Shown here: positions 26,614-39,910 of the stretch, piece by piece
Numbering within the stretch: the stretch's first letter is position 1
How the letters are laid out: each line of letters opens with the position of its first letter
From: Hemiscyllium ocellatum
Lineage: Eukaryota
Reading direction: 5' to 3'
Length of the DNA stretch: 64,000 bases
Assembly (NCBI RefSeq): GCF_020745735.1
Contig: NC_083450.1
Span: 4,543,479 to 4,607,478 of the forward strand
Made by a program: the position numbers and the translations under genes
The notes under the pieces: model-generated
Databases searched by the model: none
What the model was told of the DNA's origin: nothing
Seen by the model: the letters and a program-made list of their open reading frames with translations, nothing else

Positions 26614-26880
26614 TAAGACCATAAGACCATAAGACATAGGAGTGGAAGTAAGTCCATTCGCCCCATCGAGTCCACTCTGCCATTCAATCATGGCTGATGG
26701 GCATTTCAACTCCACTTACCCACATTCTCCCGTAGTCCTTAATTCCTCGAGACATCAAGAATCTATCAATCTCTGCCTTGAAGACATTTAGCGTCCCGGC
26801 CTCCACCGCACTCTGCGGCAATGAATTCCACAGGCCCACCACTCTCTGGCTGCAGAAATGTCTCCGCATTTCTGTTCTGA
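26614..26880 (-). mobile_element. Young CR1 3' end inserted upstream of V2 only
   Basis: (TAAGACCA)n tail; RT C-terminus RRHFCSQRVVGLWNSLPQSAVEAGTLNVFKAEIDRFL in ORF 26684..26968. Confidence 0.85.
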
Positions 26881-28087
26881 ATTGTTGTTGTTGTACAGCA
26901 GCTTTCAAAGCAACAAATTTTAAAATAACCTCGAAGACTTCATCAAAGAAAGAGAAAGAGAAAGCCATTCAGCCCTTCCACGTTTCTCTGCCATTCATTT
27001 CAATGAAGTGTGATTCTTTCCACAACTCCAATTTCCTATCCCATATCTCTCGATTTACTTAGTGTGCAAAGTTTATTTGAGTCTTCCATATGCACAGAGA
27101 CTAAGGTACCTTCATCAGACTCTGAGCGAAAGAATTTCTCTTCATCTCAGCCCAAATTAGTTGCTCTCCATCCCAGCCCTTTCAGAATTGTCCGGTTTAT
27201 CTATTTTGCCAATCAAAACAACTGATTCCACACTTTCCCACATCAAAGACCATTTACTACTTCCTTCCCCAGTCACTGCAGTCTGTATCCCGTTTCAGCC
27301 TTACTATTCCACGTCAAAGCCTACTCTCTCAATGAGTTTTATGTCTTCATTTCCTCCATCTGCCGAGTTGTCTTCATTGATCATTGTACCGTTACAGATG
27401 TAAAATCATTGCAATACAGAGGCCAGCAGTCCATCTCCTCTGCCGAGGGTGCAGACTTGAAGCTGATCTGTGAATACGTTTTTGAAAGGCAAATGATTAA
27501 TATTTTGAAAAGATTTGGAGAGGTCAATCAAAACCTAATGTCACAAAGTCATAAAGGTACCCAACACAGTAAAATATCTTTCAGACCTTGAAGGCTGAAT
27601 TAATCAAAAATGATCCTCAAACTATTCTAATCCCATTTTCTAGCACGTGCAGAACTAAATACTTATGAGAGGTTCTGCCTCTACCATCCTTAGAGGCGGT
27701 GTATTCCACATACCCAACACTCTGTGACCCAATGACACTAATGAAGCTCAGAGAAAGAATGGACAAGTGCAAATTTTTAAAAAACCTGCATGTTTTCAAG
27801 AGAATTTGTTCACAGTTCTTTGGGCTAAAGGGATCAAAGGGTAATGGGGGACAAAGTGGGAACAGGAGACTGATTTGGATGATCAACCATAATGCGATGG
27901 AATGACAAAGCAGGCTCGATGGGCTGAATAGTCGGCATCTGCCCCTGTTTGTTCAGTTACGATGAACTCAAGGTCACACGTTCACTGTTGGTAACCCCGG
28001 AATTTCAGGTGATGGAAAACGATGTGAGAAGCCAGAAATAAATCAGTGAAAACCCGATGTGCCGATTTGCCTGGTCACTGTCCCTTC

Positions 28088-28110
28088 ATTTGCATTCCAG
28101 TGAATAAATA
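28088..28110 (+). promoter_or_regulatory. Octamer ATTTGCAT (28088-95) plus AATAAATA TATA-like box, cluster 2 promoter
   Basis: Perfect octamer at the homologous position. Confidence 0.8.
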
Positions 28111-28221
28111 GAGGCATGAAAGCCTTCTCTGGTTTATCAGCACTTGGTGGAGGTGTTCTCGGCTGTTCACAACAAATGGTTCAACTCACAGCTGAATGTT
28201 TCCACGCATTCTCCAGCGGAA

Positions 28222-28677
28222 ATGTCTCCAATGATGCGTCTGCTGTGGGCTCTGCCACTCCATGTAACTGATCTGAAACTGCTCTGGATTAATGTCTGAC
28301 CATTAAATACCACTTGATTTTGTTTCACACACGCTGGCAAACTCGCTTAATGTGTATTTTTTTTTCTTTCATTGTAGGCACTTTAGCTGTTCCTGTCCTC
28401 AGTCAGAGTCCAGTGTCCTATTCAAGTGTGCGTTGCAGAATGGTAATGTGTGCAGCTACGCTGTGCATTGGTACCGACAGAGTCCCGGAGAAGCCCCGGT
28501 GTGGGTGATGAGGTACAGTACTGGCGGTGACATAAACAAGGGGCATCGATTTCACTGATCGTTTCCAACCTTCTTGGAACTCCTCCAGTCACAATTTCAT
28601 CCTAACCATGGGAAACCTTGCTTTCCAGTGACTCTGCCGTCTATCACTATGTTGTGTGGGATAGGTCAGCTGGTTAT
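28222..28677 (+). pseudogene. IGLV: Cluster 2 type II V pseudogene (leader 28222-28270, V 28378-28677), unrearranged
   Basis: Leader MSPMMRLLWALPLHVTG has its splice donor mutated GT>AT at 28271. There is a frameshifting deletion in FR1, further single-base indels in CDR2/FR3, and the YYC codons read CAC TAT. Confidence 0.92.
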
Positions 28678-28703
28678 CAGTGAGACAGGCTAATACAATA
28701 ACT
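28676..28703 (+). other. Damaged 12-RSS of V2 (heptamer has lost CA)
   Basis: TTAT|CAGTG + AGACAGGCTAAT (12 nt) + ACAATAACT; homologous to 5313-5340. Confidence 0.85.
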
Positions 28704-29431
28704 CAGGGTGCAGAACCGCTCCAATTGAAAACAGTGTCTGAAACATCACAGACTAAAGGAATGTCAGCCCTTCTAGAAATATCTTTCTGTGCAGTTCCTT
28801 TCCCAGCCCAACTGAAATTTCAAAGGTTCCTGCCAGATCTCCAGAGTTGTTAGGCTCTGTATCGACCCTGTACTGCCAAAGTCCTCAGAGATGAGAGGGG
28901 TTTAGGGATCGCCCTTTCGTCTGTGAATTGGTCCGAGCCACATATCCCTTATTTCCCCGAGAAAGGCAGAATGTGGAAAAGGATTGATTACTAATACTCT
29001 CTACTATTTATAATACTCTCTTTCACACAAACATCAGAGTTTATCAATAATTGTCGCCCACATCCGGGTCAATGGTGTATTAATAGTTCTCTCTCTTACA
29101 AACACACATATCAGAGATTATTTGAATAATTCTCTCACACATCAATAATTCTCCCTCAGACACGCAGCTAAGTATTATATTCCCAAACTCTCGCTAAAAC
29201 AAAGACATAGCAGTCATAATTCTCTGTCTTGCTCTCACTCTCTCTCTCTGTCTCTAACACACATACATATACAAAGGTCAGTGCATTATGTACGTTAATA
29301 ATTCTCTATCCCTACAAGCACACAGATCAGAAGTCATAAGAATATTATTCTTTCACCCAAGGCAGGTCAGTGTTACGTTAATAATTCCCTCACACACACA
29401 AACACGTAGAGATTAGAATGGCCTTTACATT

Positions 29432-29568
29432 NNNNNNNNNNNNNNNNNNNNNNNNNNNNNNNNNNNNNNNNNNNNNNNNNNNNNNNNNNNNNNNNNNNNN
29501 NNNNNNNNNNNNNNNNNNNNNNNNNNNNNNNNNNNNNNNNNNNNNNNNNNNNNNNNNNNNNNNNNNNN
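29432..29568. other. Assembly gap (137 N)
   Basis: N run. Confidence 1.
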
Positions 29569-30940
29569 CCTCTCACACACAGGGCATGATTATATACGTA
29601 TTTTCCTCGTTTGCAAACGCATACAGGTCAATTAGATTGTATCAATAATTTTCCCTCACATAGGTCAATGTTTTATGTGTAACTCATTGTCTCATACGCA
29701 TCAGTCAGAGTGTTACATATGTTTGAAATTATTTCTCTCTCTCTCTTTCTCTCTCTTACACACACAAACATATACACACACATACACACCGATGAGTATT
29801 GTACTATTAACTGTCTCTCATAAAAATACACAGGTTAGAAGCAAAGTTATACTAATAATTCCCTCTTTTACAAAAGCATACAGGCTAGTGTATTATTTAT
29901 GCTAATAATTCGCCGACTCCCTCTCTTGCTCACACACAAAGCACACGTAGGTCAGAGATTCAATCAATAATTCTCCCTGTCACGCACTTAGTTTGTTATT
30001 TATATTAAAAATAATCTGTCTCCCTCTGTCTCGTTTACACACACATGCACATTAGAAATTACAACAATGATTCTCTGCCATGCACGCAATCAGATAGATT
30101 ACATTAATAATTTACTTACACAGGTAGGTCAGATTTATATTAACATTTCTGTCTCACGCAAATACCCCGATTAGAGTGTTATATACGTAAGTAATGTTCT
30201 GTTTCTCATATTCACGCGCATAATACACAGATCAGTGTTTGCATCAATAGTTATCTCTCACACACAAGTTAAATAGCTCATCTTTATCAAAAACAGAAAC
30301 TGCTAGAATGTCTGAGCAGGTCGAGCAGCAAATGTATAGAAAAATCAAAGTTAACAGTTCGGGCCCAATGACCCTTCTGCAGTCCCCATCTTATTTTCTC
30401 TCACACAATGGTCAGTGTTGTATATATTTTTCATCATTTCTGATGCGCAGGTCAGAGAGTTATATTAATAACTCTCTCTCTCTCTCTCTGTATCTATCTA
30501 TCTCGCTGTCTCTCTCTCACACACACACAAACATATATATACATATGTATAATATAATATACAAAATCAGATCGTCATATTAATAATTGGGTCTTTCATA
30601 CACATTTGCACATACAGGACAGCATGTTATATATGTCAATAAGTCTCTCTTTTTCACACACACACACACGTCAGAACGTTATATATAGAAATGATTCTTT
30701 TTTCCCGCTTTATATCTCTCCCATATAAACACATAGCTTGAGTGTCAGTCATTGATAATTCTCACTCATAAACATATTTAAAATCAAAAGTAGAGAGCTT
30801 TCTATTCATAATTTTAAGTCACTGGCCCTCACACACGTAGTTCAGAATCTAATATATTTAGTAATTTTCTCTGGTATCCATTGATTAGAATGGTTTATTC
30901 ACACAAATAATTGTCTTTATCTCTCTTTCCACGCACCCAG

Positions 30941-31262
30941 GTAATGATAATTGGAAACCATCTGTCCTTCTACTCCCACCTTCACGGAACAACTAGACAC
31001 AGGATCAGATACTCTGTCCTGTCTGGTGAGTCGCTTTAAGCCAGGTTTTGTGCAGTTCCTGTGGAGCGTGAATGGGAAAGAAACAGACAGTGGGGTGACC
31101 ACAAGCTCCGTGTCGCGGGACAGTAATCAAAGCTACAGCCTGAGCAGTTACCCGACAGTCCTGACCATTGACTGGAAAAAAGGCTCCAGATATTCCTGCA
31201 GTGCGAGGCACGGTTCACTGAACTCACCTCTCCTCAACACCATCTCCTCCAGAGAATGTTAG
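30941..31262 (+). pseudogene. IGLC: Cluster 2 constant exon with a 1-nt deletion frameshift
   Basis: CCAG acceptor, then NDNWKPSVLLLPPS. The deletion (TCA CG GAA versus TCA CCA GAA in cluster 3) gives TAG at 30994-96; the rest of the C domain is in the shifted frame (ORF 30951..31262). Confidence 0.92.
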
Positions 31263-32170
31263 CTCGGAACCATGAAATGTGCCATGTGGTGTTTTGTTGT
31301 TTGTTCTTAGTTTGCAATGTAATTTTTGAAGCAAATTTTGTGAATAGCTCGAAAATTGAAGGGTATCAGGAGCGGGTGAAATGAGTGTTCAGTCCAGCGA
31401 GTGGCGATTCTCTGCTGCAATTGTCCCCAGCATGTTGTATGTAGAGGTTCGTGAACTTTGTAAACACAGATCCGAATGAATCTGAAATGGCAAAACGAAA
31501 TGACTGTTCCCTATTTATGTTTGAAAGAGTCATTGAGGTGCTTGTCAGTGGATAATTTTCACGTGTGATAACATTACACGGATTTATATCAAATGATGGC
31601 ACGGTCAACATGTTCCCCCCAACCACTCCCATAGGGGCGAGTCGCCCATTCACACCCTACTTTATTGGGAGTGATTCCTCATTCGTCTCCGCCCACCATG
31701 GTAGGAAGTCTCTTCATCTCCCTGTCTGGGGAGGTTTTTCTTGGATTACTAACCAATTTGTTGGGACTGGGTGATGTTGAACAACTTTGGCATTGTTTGT
31801 TCAAGAAATGGAATATTCAACTCTATTAAACACGCAGAGATTTAAAATGCCTCAATCAGGTAATATTGCTCAGCTCTTAATTTTCAAGAGAGAAGTGTCA
31901 GGCTGGTCATGCTGTCCTGATACATCTAACATCCCAGACATATCATTAATCTTGTCAATGTACACCCGTTTCTGACTGGGTCTGTAATTGTGATAGAACT
32001 GGATGCCTTGAACTCTATACAGTAGTGTAATCTAATTAATTTATTTTGTTAGTGGGTGCACTATGAAAATTGCATGCTGTGTCAAGGACAGCATGCGGCT
32101 GGTCACAAACAGGAAGCCTGTACTGCCACACTGTTTCTCAGCAGAGATCTTTATGTGTTTAGGTGCATAC

Positions 32171-32171
<1 letters not shown>

Positions 32172-32241
<70 letters not shown>
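32172..32241. repeat. (CA)n microsatellite
   Basis: Uninterrupted CA run; others at about 11946-12007 and 36500-36568. Confidence 0.95.
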
Positions 32242-32244
<3 letters not shown>

Positions 32245-33540
32245 TGATTCCATTCAGCTTGCAACGTTCCACTTACCAACAAGTTCCCAGTGAGATTTTA
32301 CCACCTTGCCTCTAAATCTCAACGCCTGAATGATGGACAATGAGCTTTCTGTAAGAGTATGGGGTCTTTGTCCTGTCCCATGTCACCCAGCGTGAACTAT
32401 CCCTACTTCCTCAGATAAACGTTTGTAAGATACAGGCAGAGGTAGTTGGGGAGACTTGTCAGGAATGGACTGTTGTTAACCGAATTTGGAAGGGGAGGGT
32501 AGTTGGAAATGGAAGTTTTTTCTTGACCCAATGATGCATTGGGATTTCGGATTCAAAATAAACGTTTAACAGGTGGGTGGGATGAAGAGTAAGGCTTTGG
32601 TAGAATGAACGGTAGGGGCATATAGGCTATGGATGAGCCCAGCTGCTACTTCACTCACGGTCCCATCTTACAGCAGGATGAAGATGAGAGAATCTCGCCG
32701 AAAATGTTTTCACTTATTAATACATTTAAAAAGGTTTTACCACCAAAGGCTGCAAGCTTCATTCTGAGTGCTACCCTCATCTACATTTTATCTTTTTTAC
32801 ATGCTTAACACCCTCTCTTGAGCACACACTTTCCCTATTTTTGATAGACTCCCTTTCTCACTTGCATGGACATTCACAAACACTCTGTCACACACACATA
32901 TTCATAAACACTTACTCATCCTCTCACTCTCACACACACTCTCGAATTCACCCCTCACGCACATTCACCTTTTCACTCAAACACGCACTTTCGTTCTCTT
33001 ACACATATCCTCATTAACTGTTTCACTCACACATGATTCTTCAGGAGGTGTAATCTAGTCCGAGGGGTCGTGGTTTTTGGATAAGTGGTAGTAGATTTAA
33101 AACAGAGATGAGGAGGAGTGATTTCTTTCAAAAGGTTGTGAATTTATGGAGCTCCATGGACGCTGGATCTCTGAGTAACTTTGAGGAAGAGACAGAGTTT
33201 TAATTAAGAACGGATTGAGGGGCTGATGGGGAGAGGGGAGGAAAATGAAGTAGTCCATTATCGCAGCGTATGGTCGAATAGGTAAATGACCTCCTTCTGA
33301 CCTTGTGTTCAATCTTGTGTTCTCATGAGACACTCTGCAGAGACTAGACCACCTTATAAAGGTTGAGTGTCTGTTACCACAACAGAAACAGCTGAGATAA
33401 CATGGTAGACAACCATCTGTCATCAAAGCATGACCAACGATAATCTAAATAGACCTCTCTGAATGCGGATGATATTACAGTATCTGCATCCTTTGGAGGT
33501 AAGAGAGATGAAGAATGATGACTACAAACTACAACTGTCC

Positions 33541-35335
33541 TGCATAACATGGCAAGGAAGATACAGGTGAGGATGATAAAATTATCGGGTTCTTATGAAA
33601 TATAAGGAATCCAAGGTATGACTTGCAAAGCATTGAAACAGCCAAATACCAATTGCAATCCAAACTGGAGACCCAGACAGACACCCAGCAAGTATGGCAA
33701 GGCCTGAATGACATCTCAGGTTTTAAAAAGAGACAGCGCAAAATAGCATAACATGACACATTCCTCCCATTTCAACACCTTATATCCTCGCTTTGAACAG
33801 AATTTTGGCGGAGAGGTAATACCTATTCTGACAAGTCCTGTCGAACCTATCACAACAGTCACTGCATCAGAGGTCAGATCAGTTTCCTTCATGTGAATCC
33901 AAGGAAAGCAATGGGGCGGAGTACCAGGCCGCGCAGGCCATCCACAGGTCAACTAGCAGAGGTCTTCTTGGGAATCTTCAAACTGTCACTGGAGCAGACT
34001 GTTTAAAAGGGGCCAACATCATCCCTCTGCCCAAGAAGGCCCATGCAGCATGTCTCAATATATACTGCCTAGTGGCCCTAACTTCAGTTGTCATGAAGTG
34101 CTTTAAAAGGTTGATCATGGCATTTACCAACTCAGCCTCCTTACTGCTCTTCACCCACTCCAATTTACATATCTGTCTAACAGATCCACGTCAGAAGCCA
34201 TATTACTAGTCCTGCACTCCTCCGTAGAACATCTTGACACCAAGAACAGATACATAAAAATCCAACTCATTGACTACAGTTCAGCCTTCAACACTATTAT
34301 CCCCACAAGTCTGGTTAATATTTTTATTGATCTTTGACTAAGCCCCACTCTCTGCAACTGAATCCTCAGTTTCCTGACCATCAGGCCACAATCAGTGAAG
34401 TCTGGGGACAATAGTTTATCCTCACTAACACGCAACACTGGAGTCCCCAGGGGTGCATACTCAGCCCCCTACTGTACTCACTGTATACCCATGGCTGTGT
34501 CGTAAAATACCAGACTCATGCCATTTACAAGTTCGCTGATGACACCACCATAGTCAGTCGAATCTTAGATGGTGACGAAACAGATTACAGACGGGAGATG
34601 GAAGACTTGGAAAAATGGTGCACTGAGAACAATCTAGCGCTTAATGCTGGCAAACCCAAAGAACTCATTATTGAGTTTCAGCGGGATATTACTCATGCCC
34701 CCCTACACATTAACAGCACAGAGGTGGAACGAGTGGAGAGTGTCAAGCTCCTGGGAGTGGTTATCTACAACAAGCTTTCATGGACTCTTCATGTAGCCGC
34801 ACTAGTTACAAAGGCCCAATAACTTCTCTTCTTCCTCAGGCAGCTGACAAAATTTGGCATGACGGCCATCAAGAGCATTCTGTCTGGCTGTATCACGACC
34901 TGGTATGGCAACGGTTCGATTCATGATCGGAGATGGTTACAGACAGTGGTGAACTCGGCCCAGACAATCACAAAGGCCAACTTCCCAACTGTGGAATCCG
35001 TCTGCCACCACAGCTATCAATGAAAGGCTGCCAGCATTCTCAAAGATCCATCCCACCCTGGCAATGTTTTTCTACAACCTATACCATCGGGAAGAAGTTT
35101 AAGAAGCTTGAACACCCGCACCAGCCAATCTTGCCATAGTTTCTACACTACTGTTGTTAGAATTCTGAATGAATTCACAACATTTTAACAATCATTTGTA
35201 CCTTTATTTTTGTTTTTGCTGGTTTACTTATTTACTTCTCTATGCTACTTAACTCTGTGTTCAGCCTGTATTGCTCATAAGACAACGTTTTTCACTGTGC
35301 CTCTGTACACGTGACAATAAATTCAATTCCATTCA
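33541..35335 (+). mobile_element. 5'-truncated, decayed Rex1/Babar-like LINE, specific to unit 2
   Basis: Motifs [31 protein letters not shown] and LGVVI; it interrupts sequence that is contiguous in unit 1 (about 10710). Confidence 0.82.
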
Positions 35336-36031
35336 AATTGCAGAACAGATTCGATGGGCTGAACAGCCTACTTCTCTTCCTCCGTTTGAAAATCCTTCCA
35401 AGGCAAACTGTATCAGTCTAACGCTATAAAATTTTGTTCAACTGTGATTGGATATAAAAAATTGTTCCGTTGACTCTGAGTCAGTCCTGAGACCTTTCAC
35501 GCATACCATAAAAAATAGATTGCAGAAAAAAAAAGTGTTGGAATCAGTGTTGGTAGTGAACTGTATTTCACTCCATGTCAGTAAACTGCAGAAAAAAAGG
35601 AAGTGATAACTACACAGTAAAGCAACACACTAACTGTGACAATGGCTGTCTAATTTCTCCTTGAGGCCTTGGAAATAGCGGAACCCACTGGCATACATTC
35701 TGAACAGTATGAGTAAGGGTCTGGTAACGGTGCACAGAATATCTGAGCAGTTTCATATCTCCCAGCTCACACTGAAGATGCTCACATAAGATGATTGGCC
35801 CATCGGGATTGGCTGCATTGGTCGGCAGATGGTGGGGGAGTCTGTTCCAAATGCTTATTCAGTTCATTTTTGTGGATATTACTGAGCTCGAGTTTGAAAG
35901 ACAGTAGACTCTCTGGAATAGTCAGAGCGGTGCAAACATTCCGAGGTGTGTTTCTAGTTGATGGGTTCGGAGCCCAGGCTCGACATTTTCTCAGATACAT
36001 TTTCTGAAAGTGCACACCATCCTCATCCCTG

Positions 36032-36595
36032 ACGCTGGTTGGCACTGTGACTCATGTACGTCCTGAACAAAATAGCTGTGCGGTGCTGTGACTGACATGA
36101 TACTCTTCCCTGCCGCTGGGTGGTGCTGTAACTGAAACATGTCTGTGCCATGCACACACACAGATATGCACACACACTCACGGAGAAAATACTGGAAAAT
36201 CTCAGCAAGTCTGACAGTATCTGTAAGGACAGAAAATAGCTGACGTTTCGAGTCTAACTGACCCTTTGTCAAGGCTCAGTTAGACTCGAAATTTCAGTTC
36301 TTTTCTCTCGTTACAGATGCTGCCAGACTTGCTGAGATTTTCCACCATTTTCTCTTCTGGTTTCAGATTTCAGCATCCGCAGTAATTTGCTTTTATACAC
36401 ATACTCATCCCACCACTAGGTGGTGCAGTAACTGAACTACATTTCTCTCTCACTCGCTCTCACTCTCTAACATCCTTGCAGCTGGGTAATGCAGTCACTG
36501 ATATACACACACACAGACACACACACACATACACACATGCATACACACACACACACACACACACACACTCAGATATCCCAGCTGCTGGGGACAGT
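36032..36595 (+). promoter_or_regulatory. Array of CTCF-like motifs 3' of cluster 2
   Basis: Cores at 36032, 36073, 36113 (CCGCTGGGTGGTGC), 36413 (CCACTAGGTGGTGC) and 36479. Confidence 0.55.
36182..36395. mobile_element. Penelope pseudo-LTR inverted repeat
   Basis: Arms GGAAAATCTCAGCAAGTCTG / CAGACTTGCTGAGATTTTCC around a degenerate hammerhead-like core. Confidence 0.75.
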
Positions 36596-36789
36596 GGTAA
36601 GTTATTTTTCCCCCTGTACACATTACTCCCTGAGATTTATCAACACTTCTGTATACTTTCAGTGATACTTCCATGTAGTACAGACAGATCATATTTTGCA
36701 AAGTGTGCCAGATAATAGAACAGGGCGAGGAACATAATGCTAAGGCTGAAAAGAAGGTGCACAATGAGCAAGATCATCATTGGATTTAC

Positions 36790-37765
36790 AATTTGAGAGA
36801 TCCATTCAGTCATCGAGTCATACAGTCATAGACATGAACAGCATGGAAACAGACCATTTGGTCCAACCTTCCCATGTCGACCGGATGTCCCAATCCAATC
36901 TAGTCCCACCTGCCAACACCCGGCCCATATCCCTGCAAACTTTTCCTATTCATATACCCATCGAAATACCTTTTAAATGTTGCATTTGTTCTAGCCTCCA
37001 CCACGTCCCCTGGCAGCTCATTCCATACACGTACCACTCTTTGCAAGAAAGGTTTGCCCCTTTGGGTATTTATTATATCTTTCCCCTCTCATCCTAAACC
37101 TATGCTTTCTAGTTCTGGGCTCCCCTACTCCAGGGAAAAGACTTTGCCTATTTATCCTATCCATGCCCCTCATGATTTCAAGGAGCTATGAACCTGCACT
37201 TCACGGTCTCTTTGTTCAGCAACACTCCCGAGAATAGTACCATTAAGTGCATGAGGCCTGCTAAGATTTGCTTTCCCAAAATGCAGCACTTCGCATTTAT
37301 CTAAACTAAACTCCACCTGCCAGTTCTCAGCCCATGTCTGATCAAGATCCCGTTATAATCTGAGGTAACCTTATTCGCTGTCCACTACACTTCCAGTTTT
37401 GGTGTCATCCAGACAAATGTGACGTGATGCATTCAGTCAAGTCTAATTCTACAGCGAATTATACATTGAACGGAAGAGCCTTGGGAAAGGTTGATGGGCA
37501 GAAAGATCTGGGAGTGCAAGTCCATTGTATCGTGAATGTTGCTGCACAGGTGGGTACAGTGGTCAAGAAGGCATATAGTATGCTTGCCTTCGTTGGACGG
37601 GGTATTGAGTATAAGAGCTGGCAAATCATGTTAAAATTGTACAAGACATTGGTTCGGCTGCATTTAGAATACTGTGTACAGATTTGGTCGTCACATTACC
37701 AAAAGGATGTGGACGCTTTGAAGAGGGTGCAGAGAAAGTTTATGAGGATGTTGCCTGGTAATTAG
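36790..37765. mobile_element. CR1 LINE fragments in both orientations
   Basis: ORF 37424..37765 encodes the CR1 RT C-terminus (DLGVQVH...LEYCVQIWS...RVQRKFMRMLPG); a minus-strand 3' end lies upstream. Confidence 0.8.
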
Positions 37766-39611
37766 GAATCAATGGTGGGTGCTGGGCTCAGCTGACAAAA
37801 GTCCTGTGAAAGTTGAGGCGGGAATACACTCTGTCAGTGCAATCCTTCTGTGCTTCTGCCTTCCATGACCTCCTTCAGTTTTGGTTGGCCATGCTACACG
37901 CCCTCCCTCACACTCTTATTCTCCTTCGGCCAGTGAAAAGACAGATTTGTCAATAAATAGTTAAGGCATCAAGGGAGAAAGGGGGGATGTGACACTGAGG
38001 TCATGGCCAAATTGAATGACTGAGCGGGCTCGAAGGACCGAATGGCCTCCTCCTGCTCCTAGCTCCTGTGTCTCCCAAACCGCCATTCTTTGCCTGTTCT
38101 TCTGCCTCAGGCAAGTCGAAGGGGCCTGACAAATGAGAATTAAAAATGTGCTGTTGGCTGGTATTCACCACCTGGCAAGAACATGTACTGGGTTGGCAAG
38201 TACACAATATGCTACGCCAACTACGTGTGGGGCAACTATTTAAATAAGTCCAAAGAGGGATTTTACCTGGTGGGAACTGTAAGTTACCATTACTGTGATA
38301 GCTCCATTAACGCCTACTCCTCCTCCCCCTCCCTCATTGCAATCCTTTTGACTCAAATGTGCACGTATGCCTCCCATTGGCATCTCTTTTCTTTCCAAAC
38401 ACACACACACATGCTGTCTCTTTTCCTCACACCTATAATCACACACTATTCAAACGTGGGCAACGTCACAACACAACCTGAAGTGGCACTCTCACTGAAA
38501 GATGTAGCTTGGTGCCATGACGCGTTACAGCATGGGCACAGAACCAGACAGCCTTTGTATCTGCAGATTTAACATGCAATGAAATTAAAATCAAGAAAGA
38601 CCCTCAAAATTGATTCCAGTGAATCCTAACCAGGCGTTTTTCAGTACGAATCTTAACAACCACAGTTTTGATCAGGAAGCAAACTGCAAATAATTTCCAG
38701 GCCTTACCTCACAAATAAACAAAAGCATGTTTTGTCTGTTTTCCTTTAAACACAAACTCTTACCCAGAGTCGAAAAGTCATCTTTAGCTCACAATTCACA
38801 GCTCCAGAACAACATTGATAAAAGTTTTCACATACAAACGATGAAAAATCATTGAGGTTTCTGAAAGGTGGAGCTGACCGACTGAGTTTGCATGGGTGAG
38901 GTAGTACTCAACAGTGCTGGGGAATGGATGGTCGGGGTAAGTGTGAGGGCAGGTCGATCTGGGGGCTGTTACATGTGAGAGATGGGCAATTAGAGATAGT
39001 TGCTGATATATACGCAGAATACTGACCCAACTCAATAAATATATGCAAAACACAAAACAGAATATCTATCGTCATATGTCATTTCACAGTTTGACAGAAC
39101 TGACTCATTAATCGCAAGTGATCTATGAATTGCACTAGCAGCCAATTTAGGGTCATCAATGTAGCTTGGAAAGTGAGTCAATTATGCATGCCAACTCTAC
39201 ACATGTGGATAGGAAGGGAACAGTCCTCTCCAGCCAAAATTAACATCGCTGATTACTCTTGGACCAAAATCCACTTCCTCTTATTCACTCCCCATAGAAA
39301 GGCATATAGAGATGAATGTATCAACGTCGAGGCATTGGTCCTTGTTGCAATCCAAACATTCCCCTTTCCTCTTGTGATATAAGTTATTGCTCCCTTTGTA
39401 ATTTTGTATTCTTGCGTCGTGTTCTGACGAATTCAAAAAGCAAAAATATCATAAGATACGATATGATGTTGGCTGCAAGTCACAGAATGTGGCCAATCAA
39501 ACAATGCCAGATTATAGCCGTGCTGATGCTCCAATCGAGTCTACCTGCATCTTTGCTCATCTAAGTTTTTCGATGTGACCCTTCATAACCTCTTGCCCCC
39601 TAATTTCCAGG

Positions 39612-39910
39612 TTAGATTCCCTACAGTGTGGAAACAGGCCCTTCAGCCCCACCAGTGCACATCGACCCTCTGAAGAGTAACCCAACCAGACCCATTTCCC
39701 TCTGACTAATACACCTAGCACTATGGGCAATTTAGCATGGCCAATTCACCTGACCTGCGCATTTTTGGATTGTGGGAGGAAACCGGGTCACCAGGAGGAA
39801 ACCCACACAGATGCAGGGAGAATGTGAAAACTCCACACAGACTGTTGCCTGAGCCTGGAATCGAACCTGGGACACTTGCTTCTGTGAGGCAACAGTGCGA
39901 ACCACTGCCC
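39612..39910 (-). mobile_element. HE1-like SINE
   Basis: Reverse of the SINE body and tail (ACAGTGTGGAAACAGGCCCTTC). Confidence 0.85.

Noticed and set aside
5017-28677. Upstream pseudo-V genes as chicken-style gene-conversion donors for the joined VJ
   Set aside because: Both carry multiple stops or frameshifts and lie 21-45 kb away in separate cassettes; nothing in the sequence shows conversion tracts. Somatic cDNA would be needed.
29432-29568. Missing cluster 2 J hidden in the N gap
   Set aside because: The deletion junction is at about 28998, before the gap, and the gap flanks align with the interior of the J-C intron.
31005-31227. Minus-strand ORFs over C exons (also 52887-53100) and V (49726-49908, 4941-5216)
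   Set aside because: Antisense shadows of Ig coding sequence.
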